From Mobula hypostoma (taxonomy: Eukaryota): 64,000 nt of DNA. Position 1 is the stretch's first letter, and each line of letters starts with the position of its first letter. The notes beneath the pieces are model-generated. The model was not told the origin of the DNA. It saw nothing but the letters and a program-made list of their open reading frames with translations, and did no database searches. The stretch covers positions 7,874,001-7,938,000 of the forward strand of contig NC_086125.1 of the NCBI RefSeq assembly GCF_963921235.1, written 5' to 3'. The position numbers and the translations under genes were made by a program. Positions 49,540 to 61,439 of this stretch are shown here, piece after piece.

Positions 49540-50110
49540 AGAGCAAGAGGCCGGTAGACTGGGCTGAACATCTGCAAGATTTGACAAACTTCAGTAGATG
49601 TGTAATGGAGAGTGGTGACTGGCTGCATCAGGGCCTGGTATGGAAACATCAATGTCCTTGAACCAGAATCCTCCAGAAAGTAGTCGATACTTCCCAGTAC
49701 ATCACAGGTAAAGCCGTCCCCACCACTGAGCACATCTACATGAAATGTTGTCAGAGGAAAGCAGCATCCATCATCCTGGACCTCTAGTAACCAGGACATG
49801 CTCTCTTCTCACTGTTGTCATCAGGAAAAAAAGGTACAGGAGCCTCAGGACTCACACCACAATGTTCAGGAACTGTTATTACCCCTCAACCATCAGGCTT
49901 TTGAACCAGAGGGAATAACTTCACTTGCCCCATCATTGTAATGTAAACACAACCAATGGACTCACTTTCCAGGACTCTCCATCTCATGTTCTCGATATTA
50001 TTACTTCTTTTCTTCTTCTTTCTGTATTTGCACAATTTGCTGCCTTTTGCTCACCAGCTGAACGCCCAAGTTGGTGTGGCCTTCATTGATTCTGTTTTGG
50101 TTATTATTCT
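49540..50110 (+). mobile_element. Rex/Babar 3' fragment
   Basis: TGCI.AWYGN..RKAASII.D..PGHALFSLL..GKRYRSLRTHTT remnant. Confidence 0.65.
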
Positions 50111-50229
50111 AATGATGTATTGAGTATGCCCACAAGGAAATGACTCTCTGGGTTGTACATGTTGTCATATATGTACTTTGATAATAAATTTTACTTTGAA
50201 CTTTGCTCAACTTTTTCACTTTGACTGGC

Positions 50230-50465
50230 CCAGTTAATCGCTCCTGCACTATTCTTGTTTTTCCAGGCGCTTTGGTTTCCTTCCACAGTCCAAACACACA
50301 CTGGCGGTAGGGTTATTGTAAATTGTCCAAACACACACTGTTGGTGAGGTAAGTGGTCATTGTAAATTGTCCCATGATTAGTCTGGAGTTAAATTGGGGG
50401 TTGCTGGATGTTGTGGCTCGAAGGGCCTTAAGGGAGTACTCCACACTGTATCTCAATCAATAAAT
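50230..50465 (+). mobile_element. HE1-like SINE fragment
   Basis: GGTTTCCTTCCACAGTCCAAA..TGTAAATTGTCC..CTGTATCTCAATCAATAAA. Confidence 0.65.
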
Positions 50466-50832
50466 ATATATACATATTAAACATTGAGATGATAATGTGG
50501 TAAAGTAGATCAGCAAATTTGTGGATGACACCAAGATACTGGACATCAAAGTATGCAGTGTGATCTGGACTAATTGGAAAAATGGACTGAGAAGTGGCAG
50601 ATGGAATTTAATGCAGACAAGTGCGAGGTGTTGCACTTTGGGAGGACAAACCAGAATAGGACTTACAGAGTGAGGAGTGTAGAACAAAGGGATCAGCGAA
50701 TTATCAGATTGATAATTGCTTGAAAGTGGCGTTACAGGTATATGGGGTCATAAAGTGAGCTTTTGGCCCAATGGCCTTCATAAATCAGAGCACTGAGTAT
50801 AGTAGTTGGGATGTAACGTTAAAGTTGTAGAA

Positions 50833-53215
50833 GAACATAGAACATAGACATAGAAATCTACAGCACGTTACAGGACTTTCGGCCCACAATGTTATGCCGA
50901 CCATGTAACCTAGTCTATCAGGTCACCTCTCATCCTCCATCACTCCAAGGAGAAAAGGAAAGTTCACTCAACCTATTCTCATAAGGCATGCTCCCCAATC
51001 CAGGCTACAGCACGTTACAGGACTTTCGGCCCACAGTGTTATGCCAACCATGTAACCTGGTCTATCAGGTCACCTCTCATCCTCCATCGCTCCAAGGAGA
51101 AAAGGCAAGTTCACTCAACCTATTCTCATAAGGCATGCTCCCCAATCCAGGCAACATCCTTGTAAATCTCCTCTGCACTTTCTCCATGCATCCACATCCT
51201 TCCTGCAGTGAGGTGACCAGTATTCCAAGTGGGGTCTAATTAAGGTTTTAGATAAATGCAACATTACCTCACGGCTCTTGAACTCAATCCCGTGGTTGAT
51301 GAATGCCAACACACCATACACCTTCTTAACAACACTGTCAACCTGCGCAGCAGCTTTGAGTATCCTATCGACACTATTCTGACATTTCTCTGATCCTCCA
51401 CACTGCCAAGAGTCTTACCATTAATACTATATTCTGTCTTTAAATTTAACCTACCAGAATGAACCACCTAACACTTATCTGGCTTGAACTCCATCTGCCA
51501 CTTCTCAGCCCAGTTCTGCATCCTATCGATGTCCCACTGTAACCTCTGACAACCCTCCAGACTATCCACAACACCCCCAGCTTTCATGTCATCAGCAAAC
51601 TTACTAACCCACCGTTCTACTTCCTCATCCAGGTCATTTATAAAAATTACAAAGAGGAGGGGCCCTAGAACAGATCCCTGCAAAATACCTCTGATCACCG
51701 ACCTTCATGCAGAATATCTACAAGCATCAACTCTTTGCTTTCTGTGGGCAAACCAATTCTCAATCCACAAAGTAAGGTCTCCTTGGATCCCATGCCTGCT
51801 TACTTTCTGAATGAAACTCACATGGGGAAGTTTATCAACTGCCTCATGCAGAATGTGACCCGTCTACAACCACTCTTTGCCTTCTGTGGGCAAGCCAGTT
51901 CTGGATCCAAAAAGCAACGTCCTGATGGATCCCATACCTCCTTACTTTCTCAATAAGCCTTGCATGGGGTACTTTATCAAATGCCTTGCTGAAATCCATA
52001 TACACTACATTTACTGCTCTTCCTTCATCAATGTGTTTAGTCACATTCTCAAAAAATTCAGTCAGGCTCATAAGGCACAACCTGCCCTTGACAAAGCCAT
52101 GCTGACTATTCCTAATCACATTACGCCTCTCCAAATGTTCATAAATCCTGCCTCTCAGGATCTTCTCCATCAATTTACCAACCACTGAAGTAAGACTCCC
52201 TGGTCTATAATTTCCTGGGCTATCTCTACTCCTTTTCTTGAATAAAACATCCACAACGCTCCAATCCTCTGGAACCTCTCCCATCCCCACTGATGATGCA
52301 AAGATCATCGCCAGAGGTTCAGCAATCTCATCCCTCGCCTCCCACAGTAGCCTGGGGTACATCTCGTCTGTTCCCGGTGACTTATCCAACTTGACGCTTT
52401 CCAAAAGCTCCATCACATCCTCTTTCTTAATATCTACATGCTCAAGCTTTTCAGTCCACTTCAAGTCAGCACTACAATCACCAACATCCTTTTCCATAGT
52501 GAATACTGAAGTAAAGTATTCATTAAGTACCTCCGTTATTTCTTCCGGTTCCATACACACTTACCCACTGTCAGATTTGATAGGTCCTATTCTTTCATAT
52601 CTCATCCTCTTGCTCTTCACATACTTGTGGAATGCCTTGGGGTTTTCCTTAATCCTGCTTGCCAAGGCCTTCTCATGGCCCCTTTTGGCTCTCCTAATTT
52701 CCTTTTTAATCTCGTTCCTGTTAGCCCTATAATCTTCAAGATCTCTAACATTACCTAGCTCTCTAAACTTTTTGTAAGCTTTTCTTTTCTTCTTGACTAG
52801 ATTTATTACAGCCTTTGTACACTGCGGTTCCTGTACCATACCATAACTTCCCTGTCTCATTGGAACGTACCTATGCAGAACGCCACACAAATATTCCCTG
52901 AACGTTTGCCACATTTCTTCTGTACTTTTTGCTGAGAATATCTGTTCTCAATTCAACTTTCCAATTTCCTGCCTGATAGCCTCATAACTCCCCTTACTCC
53001 AATTAAACACTTTTCTAACTTGTCTGTTCCTATCTCTCTCCAATGCTATTGTAAAGGAGATAGAATTGTGATCACTATCTCCAAAATGCTCTCCCACTGA
53101 GAGATCTGACACCTGACCAGGTTCATTTCTCAATACCAATCAAGTATAGTCTCTCCTCTTGTAAGCTTATCTACATATTGTGTCAAGAAACCTTCCTGAA
53201 CACACCTAACAAACT
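50833..53215 (-). mobile_element. 5'-truncated CR1, same subfamily as 33960-38468, nested in an older plus-strand CR1 3' fragment (about 50480-53710)
   Basis: RT ORFs at 51468-52914. About 96% identity by eye to 35880-36060 over about 180 bp. CTATGTT tail at about 50833-50850. Confidence 0.88.
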
Positions 53216-55550
53216 AAAGGTTGAAAGAGTGCAGAGAAAATTTTCAAAGTCATTGCAGGACTTGAGGACCTGATTTATAGGGAGAGTTGAATGGGTTCAG
53301 ACTTTATTTTTTGGAATGATGGAGAATGAGGGGAGATCTTATAGAAGTAAATAAAACAATGAGAGGTACAGATAGTGTGAATGCATACAGACTTTTTCTA
53401 AGACTGGAGGTCATACATCAGGGGTTCACAGCCTGGGTCCACAGACTCCTTGGCTAATGATATTGGTCCATGGCATGAAAATGGTTGGGAACCCGTGTCA
53501 CCGAGTGAAAGATCCACCTGAGGGAGAACTTCTTCACTCAGAGGGTGTTGGGAATGTGCAACAAGCTGCCAGTGGAAATAGCAGATGCAGGTTCAATTGT
53601 AATATTTAGGAGAAGTTTAGATAGGTATTGGAGGGGTATAGAGGGGTATATGGCTGGGGGTAGATGGGATGAGGCCAACATGGACTAGAAGGGCCAAAGG
53701 GCCTGTTTCTGTGCCGTAGTGCTCAACGGCTATTTGTCATCAACTATTTCCTCCTTTTTCTTTTCAGCAGGAACAAATCACGTGATCGGAGGCTTCGCCT
53801 CTATTGATTCACTGGGTATTTTGCTTCTAATTCTTGGGAAGTTCTCGTTCACCTCTTTTCTCACAACTCCAGTGCATGTCAGGTCTCTCCTTTCTCTTGA
53901 CATTTCCAAGGTCAAGTTACTTGGTGTTTGCAGCAGTTTCTGTTTTTGTTTTGGACTGAACTTGCCCTGGACTGGAAGGCCAGTTGTGTGATACAGATGA
54001 GTGAACTGCCCACAGTCTGGCAGCGTGTGCATTCATGGAGTCCACTCTCCTCTTCCAGAATTATTGCCCTGACAGTCTGGGAAAACAGAGTGGCAGTGAG
54101 CAGCTTCTTCAGCAGATGAGAAATGACCAGATGGGAGGCTGCTTGAGCTCTGATATGAATAAGCGTGGAGAGTGGTTACAGAGCAGGGTGTCAAAGGCAG
54201 GCAATATTTTCTCAGTTTGTTCTGCTTTCCATCACATGATTGGAAGAGGGTTATAAAGAAGAGGGTGAAATATGGATTACAGTTAATAGAACTTTGTAAA
54301 ACAACTCAGCTCTCGAGATAAGTGAGATTCCCTAATGTGAATTGTGAATAAGATAAAATAGCTGACCTTTAATCCTGAATTTCCACTTCCTTCTCATCAG
54401 TTCAATGTCTGTTTGCAGCTCCATGAGTATCAATTCCTTCATGTTCTGATGTTGCTCAGGAAACACAGAACATAGAACAGTACAGCACAATACAGGACCT
54501 TTGGCCCACAATGTTGTGCCGACTTTTAACCTACTCCCCGATCAATCTAACCCTTCCCTCCTACACAGAACATAACCCTTCATTTTTGCTTTCATCCAAG
54601 TTTTTAGCAAAGAAAAATGGGGAGAACTCCTGAAGGATGAATTCCTTGATTGAGATCATCTCACTCTAATGCACAAAGTGTTTTTATTGACTTCCTGGAA
54701 AGTAGTTTCTGTATTTACCACATAGTTATGTTTTGTGGTGAATTTGCCAAAGGATGAGATTAAACAGCCTCTCCCATGAAAGAAGCCCAAACTCAATCAC
54801 AGACTGAATTCTGATCTCCCTCCTCAGAATCAGAATCAAAATTCAGTATCACTGCCATGTAGTACGTCATGAAATTTGGTGTTTTGTGGCAATAAATAAA
54901 AATCTATAAATTACAATAAGAAATAGTCGTATATTTAAAGAAGATGAATTTAGTGCAAAAAGAGGGCAAAAAAAAGTGAGATGTTGTTCATGGGTTCATT
55001 CATTGTCCAGTTGTGCATATATGCAGTTCAGATCAGAGGCGATCCCTACAATCACAATAAAGTCCAAAATATATTACTGCTTGGAGTTTGATATCAGAAA
55101 ACTATTTACTATCAGCCCCAGTGCTAAAGTGTCGTGTATAAAAACAAACTGAGCATCACACTCCTTGTCAGGAATAGCATTTCAGTCCCAGTGCTCATCG
55201 GAATAAAGCACAGTCTCACCGTTAGTTATTGGTTAAAAATCCCAATCCTCACAACCAGCAAACAGAAACTGAAAGACCACAAGATGCACCCTCCCACTTC
55301 TGAACATCTTGCACAATTTACACAGTAGTCCTTGTACACAATTTACACACAGTACTTCCACAGTTTCAGCAATGCTCTTCCCCACCAACAGTGAGTTTCT
55401 CCTCTTCTCCGGTCTGCAGGTTCCAGACTGCAGCCAAGTTTGAGACCTTGGTGCTTCCTCAAACCTCTGCTGTGCTCCTATCAACAAAGTTTTGAACTTA
55501 CTTCTGTGTGTATGTGATATTTCAATAATATTTGAGTAATTATGTATATA

Positions 55551-56530
55551 TGAAGGGTGATTGATAAGTTTGTGGCCTATGGTAGAAGGGGTCAATTTTA
55601 GAAAATCTAGCACATTTATTTTTCAACGTAGTCCCCTCCTACATGTACACACTTAGACTAGTGGTTGAGGAGTATACAGATCCCTTCTTTGTAGAAGTGG
55701 TCCCAGCAGGGGTGATTGATAAGTTCGTAGCCTAAGGTTGAAGGAGATGAGCTATTAGCTTCAAACTTACTGCATTCTCACTCAAAGAGATGAACTGCAC
55801 GTGCATGTAACGAGAGTGTCTTGGACCTCCAGGTGGCCCATAGCAGGGGCAATTGATAAGTTCATGGCCTAAGGTAGATGGAGATGAGTTATACCGCTCT
55901 CGTTACATACACATGCAGTTCAACTCTGAGAGAAAATGCAGAAAGTTTGAAGTTAGTAACTCATCTCCTTCTACCTTAGGCCACAAACTTATCAATCACC
56001 CCTGCAGTGGACCACTTTCTGGAGGTCCAAGACGTCAACTTCTACAAAGAAGGGATCCGTATGGTCCACGACCGCTGGACTAAGTATGTAAGTGTAGAAA
56101 AAATAAATATGCTAGGTTTTCTAAAATTGAGTCCTTCTACCATAAGCCATGAACTTATCTTTCTTTTCAAATCTTTTTATTGTTATATTATACAAAAGAA
56201 ATAGCACAAGTACATTGAAGTAACAACACTTACAATGTCTCAAAAAAGACATTATCTTAAAGATTGAAAAAAATTTTTGTGATAACAAAAAAAACCTACT
56301 AAGCAGAAAAAGTGAGAGAAAAAAACCCCATTAGGTGTACAACCCCGGAGCCATGCGTCATACAAAAAGCTTCTAAAAATAAACATCAAACCGCCAGCAA
56401 GAAAAGAAAATATACCAAAAAATTTGCAATTAGATTGTGGAAAAAATCTATCAATTAGCTCAAATGATAATAACGAGCAAATGAGTCCCATCTTTTCTCA
56501 AAATCAAACGAACTTATTAATCACCCCTCG
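55551..56530. mobile_element. Mariner-derived foldback non-autonomous element, TA-flanked, with an L1/Tx1-like 3' fragment (56159-56509) inserted in its right end
   Basis: Ends TA|TGAAGGGTGATTGATAAGTT and AACTTATTAATCACCCCTCG|TA. Mariner C-terminal remnant FYKEGIRMVHDRWTKYV in ORF 56007-56204. GAACTTAT is duplicated at 56151 and 56510. Confidence 0.75.
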
Positions 56531-56532
56531 TA

Positions 56533-57290
56533 CTGTATGTTGTTTAATGAGGAATTCTTGTTCATTTAAATAACTAATTCCAGGTTATGTGTATAAATAT
56601 GTTAATTACACATGTCATTATACTACCATGTGATATGTGTGTCCTTTGATTAAAGTAAATGCGGTTACGCGCGCATTCCCAGACACTTGCGTCTTCTTTG
56701 AATTAGTTTAATGTTTTGAAGTTGCAAAACTTAACGATGGTGATGAGGATGGGATCATAGTGTGTAATTACATCATCTGATGCCACCATTTCCTTTACCT
56801 TTTTGAAAGCCACCTCACACTGCTTTGTCCACTGCCATTTCTTCTCGATCTATAGTGAAAGAGATGGAGCAGGTTTGGCAGGGACCTTTTATAGTCACTT
56901 ACAAATCCTAAAAAGGTCTGCAGCTGTGACACGTCTTTTGACCTTGGGCCATCCATCACTGCTGATCAGTTGTGTGGCCACAGTAAGTGATGCTTGGTTT
57001 AAAGAATTCACACTCGTCGCGACATGCTCTGAGCTTTTAACACTGTTTTGAGGCTTTGGAGATGTTCCTTGTCATCCTTGCCTGTGACAATGATGTCATC
57101 CAGGTAACACTGAGCGCCTGGGCAGCCTTGCAGAACCTGGCCCATAGCTTTCTGCCAGTGTGCAGGTGCAGATGTCACTCTGTTATAGCGATAAAGCCCT
57201 TTGTCAGTGGTTATGCTGAGAAACACTCTGGACTTTCTCCTTCTGGGAGCCAAAGACATTGATAAAACAAAGATGAAGATTCTGCTAAGA
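56533..57290. mobile_element. Gypsy LTR plus PBS (+ strand) fused to an inverted pol RT/RNase H fragment (- strand)
   Basis: The LTR 3' end matches the 27554 LTR and is followed by TGGTGATGAGG at 56738. The minus strand reads GLYRYNR..SAPAHWQKAM..QCYLDDIIVTG..EFFKPSITYCGH..WQWTKQCEVAF..THYDP. Confidence 0.75.
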
Positions 57291-57589
57291 AACATGAGCA
57301 GCTAAGGAGGAATTGGAAAAGCAGAACTTGACTACAAGGAGAATGATTTTGGAGGAGAGAATGCATGGTGCAAAGATTGCTGTGGGAGAAATATCTTCCA
57401 GTTCATGGGACACCAATACTAGGAAAGAGGGAAGTGTCACATTGGTGCTTTCACTTGAAATGGGCCAGGGCCAGAGACTAAGTAAATTAAATATCTGTGG
57501 CTTAAAACTAATTATCAGGGATTGGGATTGGAGGCATGGACAGGGGAGCAGTGGGGTGAGGAGAAACTTTAAAAGTTAAAGGACCAAGC

Positions 57590-59330
57590 AATAGTGTAGG
57601 TGAGCCAAATGGGTAAAGACCAGCTGAATGCATCAGGAAGGGACAGAGAGGTGTAACTCCAGTGAGAATTCGTGAAGCAAAGATAAACTTGAAGGTTCTT
57701 TACGTGAAGAAATAGCAGAATAACCAAAAGCAAAAGGGCACAATCAAATAACCATTTCATAGTTGGGTTGTAACATGGCCAAGGATGGGAATGAAGTATT
57801 TGAGTTTACTTTTAGAAGTGACAGACAAATGGAAAAGGAATTGGGCAGCAATGGTTTCAAAGGATGGGACAAAGACAGTAAAGGGAAAAAATGTCACTCA
57901 GAAAATCAAATAGTATATTGGCCTTTAAATAGTTCTCATCATGTGCGTGGGGTATAAAATTCATGAGATTAGAAGTGTGTGTAACTAGAAAAACACATTA
58001 ACTATACGAGACAAGAAGCTGCATACAGGCTGGGCAAACCAATCAGCAGCAATAGTGTGCAGGACAAATTTATGGAGTATATAAGATTTCTAAAACAGTT
58101 TTTTTTGATGAGATACAATGCAGACAAGGCCCATCAGGCTCTTTGAGCCACACTGCCCAACAATCCCCTGATTTAATCCCAGCCTAATCATGGGACAATT
58201 TACAATAACTAATAAGCACCAACCAATACATCTTATACTTCGGGAGGAAACCAGAGCACCCGGAGGAAACCTATGTGGTCATGGGAGAAAATACAGGCAG
58301 GGGCGGGAATTGAACCTGGGACGCCTGTACTGTAAAGCATTGTGCTAACCACTATGCTACCGTGCCACCCCTTGTTTCTGGGTCATTGGGATCTCTTCCA
58401 TGATGAGAAACCAATGAAGGAACACATTAGTTGTAAGCATTTTTTTGTTTAATGAGAAATGGTTAATTTGAAGATCTCACAAGGTCCTTCAGAATTTCGT
58501 ATCAAGTTTAAAGGTCATTTAGCTCAAATTGAAACCAGGATCTTAAATCTAAAGGAAGCAAATTGGAGAAGTCATGAGCTGTGAGATGACTAAAGTAGAT
58601 TTGGAAACTAACTTAAAATATTTGGCAATAAACCAGAAATGGATAACTTTTCAAAGAATTCATGTATATAGTTGTAAACACTACATTTATCTCTCATGAA
58701 GGCACAAAAAAGAGAAGAGTTCTGATCGCGACTGGCGAGAGAAGTCAAGGGTTGTATTAGATCACAGGAGAAGGCTGATTACAATGCCAGAGCCAGTTTG
58801 GGAAATCAGCAAAGGAGGACGGAGGCTTTACAGTGAAAAGTGGGGCAGAATACAGGAGCAAACTGACACAGAATATGAAAGCAGGCAGTGCTTTCAGTGA
58901 GAAAGCTCAAACCTCAAGGCCTGTGGTGGTTCAAGGAGGCAGCTCATCGTCACCATCTCAGGGCAGCGAGGGATGGGCAATCAAGTGCTGGTTCAGCCAC
59001 AAAACCCACTTCCCTTGAATGAATATATAAAGAAAATTGATGTCGGTCTTTTGCAGGCTGAAGCGGGTGGGGGGAAATCCTGTGAGAGAAGGAATTGACA
59101 GAGGTGTCAGTGAAAAACACTGAGAGGGAGGGACTGAGCTAACTAAAAGGCTGCAGGTCCCCAAGTCCTGATGAACTGCATCTGACGGCTTTGAAGAGAT
59201 GACCAAGTGTGGATATGCTGGCTGACACCTGATCTGAAAGCGTTTCCTACAGGCTGGAAGATAGCAAACAGACCCCCAATATTTAAACAAGTATGAGCTA
59301 ATGGCCTTTATCCTCAGCACCACTTTCCTG
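57590..59330 (+). mobile_element. Heavily decayed CR1 ORF2 remnant
   Basis: Scattered APE and RT-like remnants (LYVK..QNNQ, DEVPRPAAF on the reverse reading, ANRPP.FK). Confidence 0.5.
58098..58367 (-). mobile_element. HE1-like tRNA-derived SINE, near complete
   Basis: tRNA-like head with A box (TAGCATAGTGG) and B box (GGTTCAATTCC), GGTTTCCTCCGGGTGCTCTGGTTTCCTCCC core, and an A-rich tail. Confidence 0.8.
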
Positions 59331-59667
59331 CACTAATCTCTACTGCTGTCTGGGTGAAGATTTCTTTTTGTTTTTGTCCTGAATGGCTTAAAGCCTTATT
59401 TTGAGGATGTCACCCTAACAAGGTGGCAGGGGGAGCAGCCAATAAACTTCAAATACACTAATAAGGGTCAAGCAAGGTCTCAGGAAATTCAGCACGCTCT
59501 CTGAAAACTGCAGCAGGCTGCCCACAACTGCTTGGCCTAAAGGGACTTGGCCAAGCCCAGGGCTGTCAGAGAGCCCAGGTTGAGTCTCAGGAAACAGAGT
59601 CTGCTCCACCTTACGCACGTCTCCCTTTGTTGTTTGTCTGAAGTTGTCGTTGGTACAGTGTCCTTAT

Positions 59668-60125
59668 GCATCAGCACCCTAGACTGTGAAATGGCAGCAC
59701 CCCATCCCTGACCTGAGTTTGAGTTTTCCTTCACTTTGTTTCTGGAGAGTTGCCTCTGTTCAACGTCATTCCCCTGAACCCGTCTCAGACTGTGAACTCA
59801 CTGCCTGGGTGTGAAGTGAAAATCCATTTCCCAGCATGCAATCACTACCTCATACATGGCAATATCTTTCTATTCAGGTTACTTTTTATTTCTCCTTTAA
59901 ATGTTCTGTTATCAGGTGTGTTTGGAACAAAAGATGCCATGATCACTTGTTCTGTCCTCCTCTGTTTTCTGAATACACAGCAAGACAATGTGAAGCCCCA
60001 CTGCTGGACATTCAGGATCTGATCTGTGATCCTGTCAGTAAGTGCAGTCCTGTTGGTCTGTACACTTGGTTAAAATCTACATCATGCCAGCATTGTACAA
60101 GTCATAACTTGCAGATGCCTGCATA
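59668..60125 (-). pseudogene. Relic D1 exon plus downstream intron of a third ICAM-like paralog
   Basis: Gapless remnant PSVQTNRTALTDRITDQILNVQQWGFTLSCCV aligns to PGINPNRTCGDKWITDQFPSVQTWDFTVPCTV. It has two in-frame stops and a deleted donor. The intron at 59668-59870 aligns to copy A 14520-14720. Confidence 0.75.
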
Positions 60126-60379
60126 ACTCATAGTGAAACAAAATTAGATGAAAATTTGACTGAAATTCTTATTCCTTAGGTGCTGTGGTTTCTTAGTGTC
60201 AGGGCTGAACGTTTCAAACTGACAACAGGCTGGAAAGGAAGCCTTGAGGAGTTTGTTTACTTGACAAAGAGACTTCTGGTCTGTATTAGTGTTATGTGTT
60301 ACACCTGTTAACAAGTCAGCACATTAACAGCAAGACGACTCTAGTGCAGCTCAAATGGTGTGAAGATTAGTGGAAAACT

Positions 60380-61345
60380 AGATCAAAAAACAACATACAT
60401 CAAAGTTGCTGGTGAACGCAGCAGGCCAAGCAGCATCTATAGGAAGAGGCGCAGTCGACGTTTCAGGCGGAGACCCTTCGTCAGGACTAACTGAAGGAAG
60501 AGTGAGTAAGGGATTTGAAAGCTGGAGGGGGAGGGGGAGATGCAAAATGATAGGAGAAGACAGGAGGGGGAGGGATAGAGCCGAGAGCTGGACAGGTGAT
60601 AGGCAAAAGGGGATACGAGAGGATCATGGGACAGGAGGTCCGGGAAGAAAGACGGGGGGGGGGGTGACACAGAGGATGGGCAAGAGGTATATTCAGAGGG
60701 ACAGAGGGAGAAAAAGGAGAGTGAGAGAAAGAATGTGTGCATAAAAATGAGTAACAGCTGGGGTACGAGGGGGAGGTGGGGCCTAGCGGAAGTTAGAGAA
60801 GTCAATGTTCATGCCATCAGGTTGGAGGCTACCCAGACGGAATATAAGGTGTTGTTCCTCCAACCTGAGTGTGGCTTCATCTTTACAGTAGAGGAGGCCG
60901 TGGATAGACATGACAGAATGGGAATGGGATGTGGAATTAAAATGTGTGGCCACTGGGAGATCCTGCTTTCTCTGGCGGACAGAGCGTAGATGTTCAGCAA
61001 AGCGGTCTCCCAGTCTGCGTCGGGTCTCACCAATATATAAAAGGCCACATCGGGAGCACCGGACGCAGTATATCACCCCAGTCGACTCACAGGTGAAGTG
61101 ATGCCTCACCTGAAAGGACTGTTTGGGGCCCTGAATGGTGGTAAGGGAGGAAGTGTAAGGGCATGTGTAGCACTTGTTCCGCTTACACGGATAAGTGCCA
61201 GGAGGGAGATCAGTGGGGAGGGATGGGGGGGACGAATGGACAAGGGAGTTGTGTAGGGAGCGATCCCTGCGGAATGCAGAGAGAGGCGGGGAGGGAAAGA
61301 TGTGCTTAGTGGTGGGATCCCGTTGGAGGTGGCGGAAGTTACGGA
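60380..61345 (-). mobile_element. Penelope-like element 3' part with GIY-YIG endonuclease and terminal repeat
   Basis: ORF 60783-61109 reads VIYCVRCSRCGLLYIGETRRRLGDRFAEH..HFN..EQHLIFRLGSLQPDGMN, open to the stop codon. Confidence 0.9.
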
Positions 61346-61439
61346 GACTAGATAACAGGTTTTAACATGCTGAAAAACTCAATACAAAACTTGTTCTGCT
61401 TCAAAACATCTTCGCTCTGCTAAGGGTTAGTTCAGAATA

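Noticed and set aside
58290-58367. tRNA gene
   Set aside because: It is the tRNA-derived head of a SINE, continuous with the SINE body and tail.
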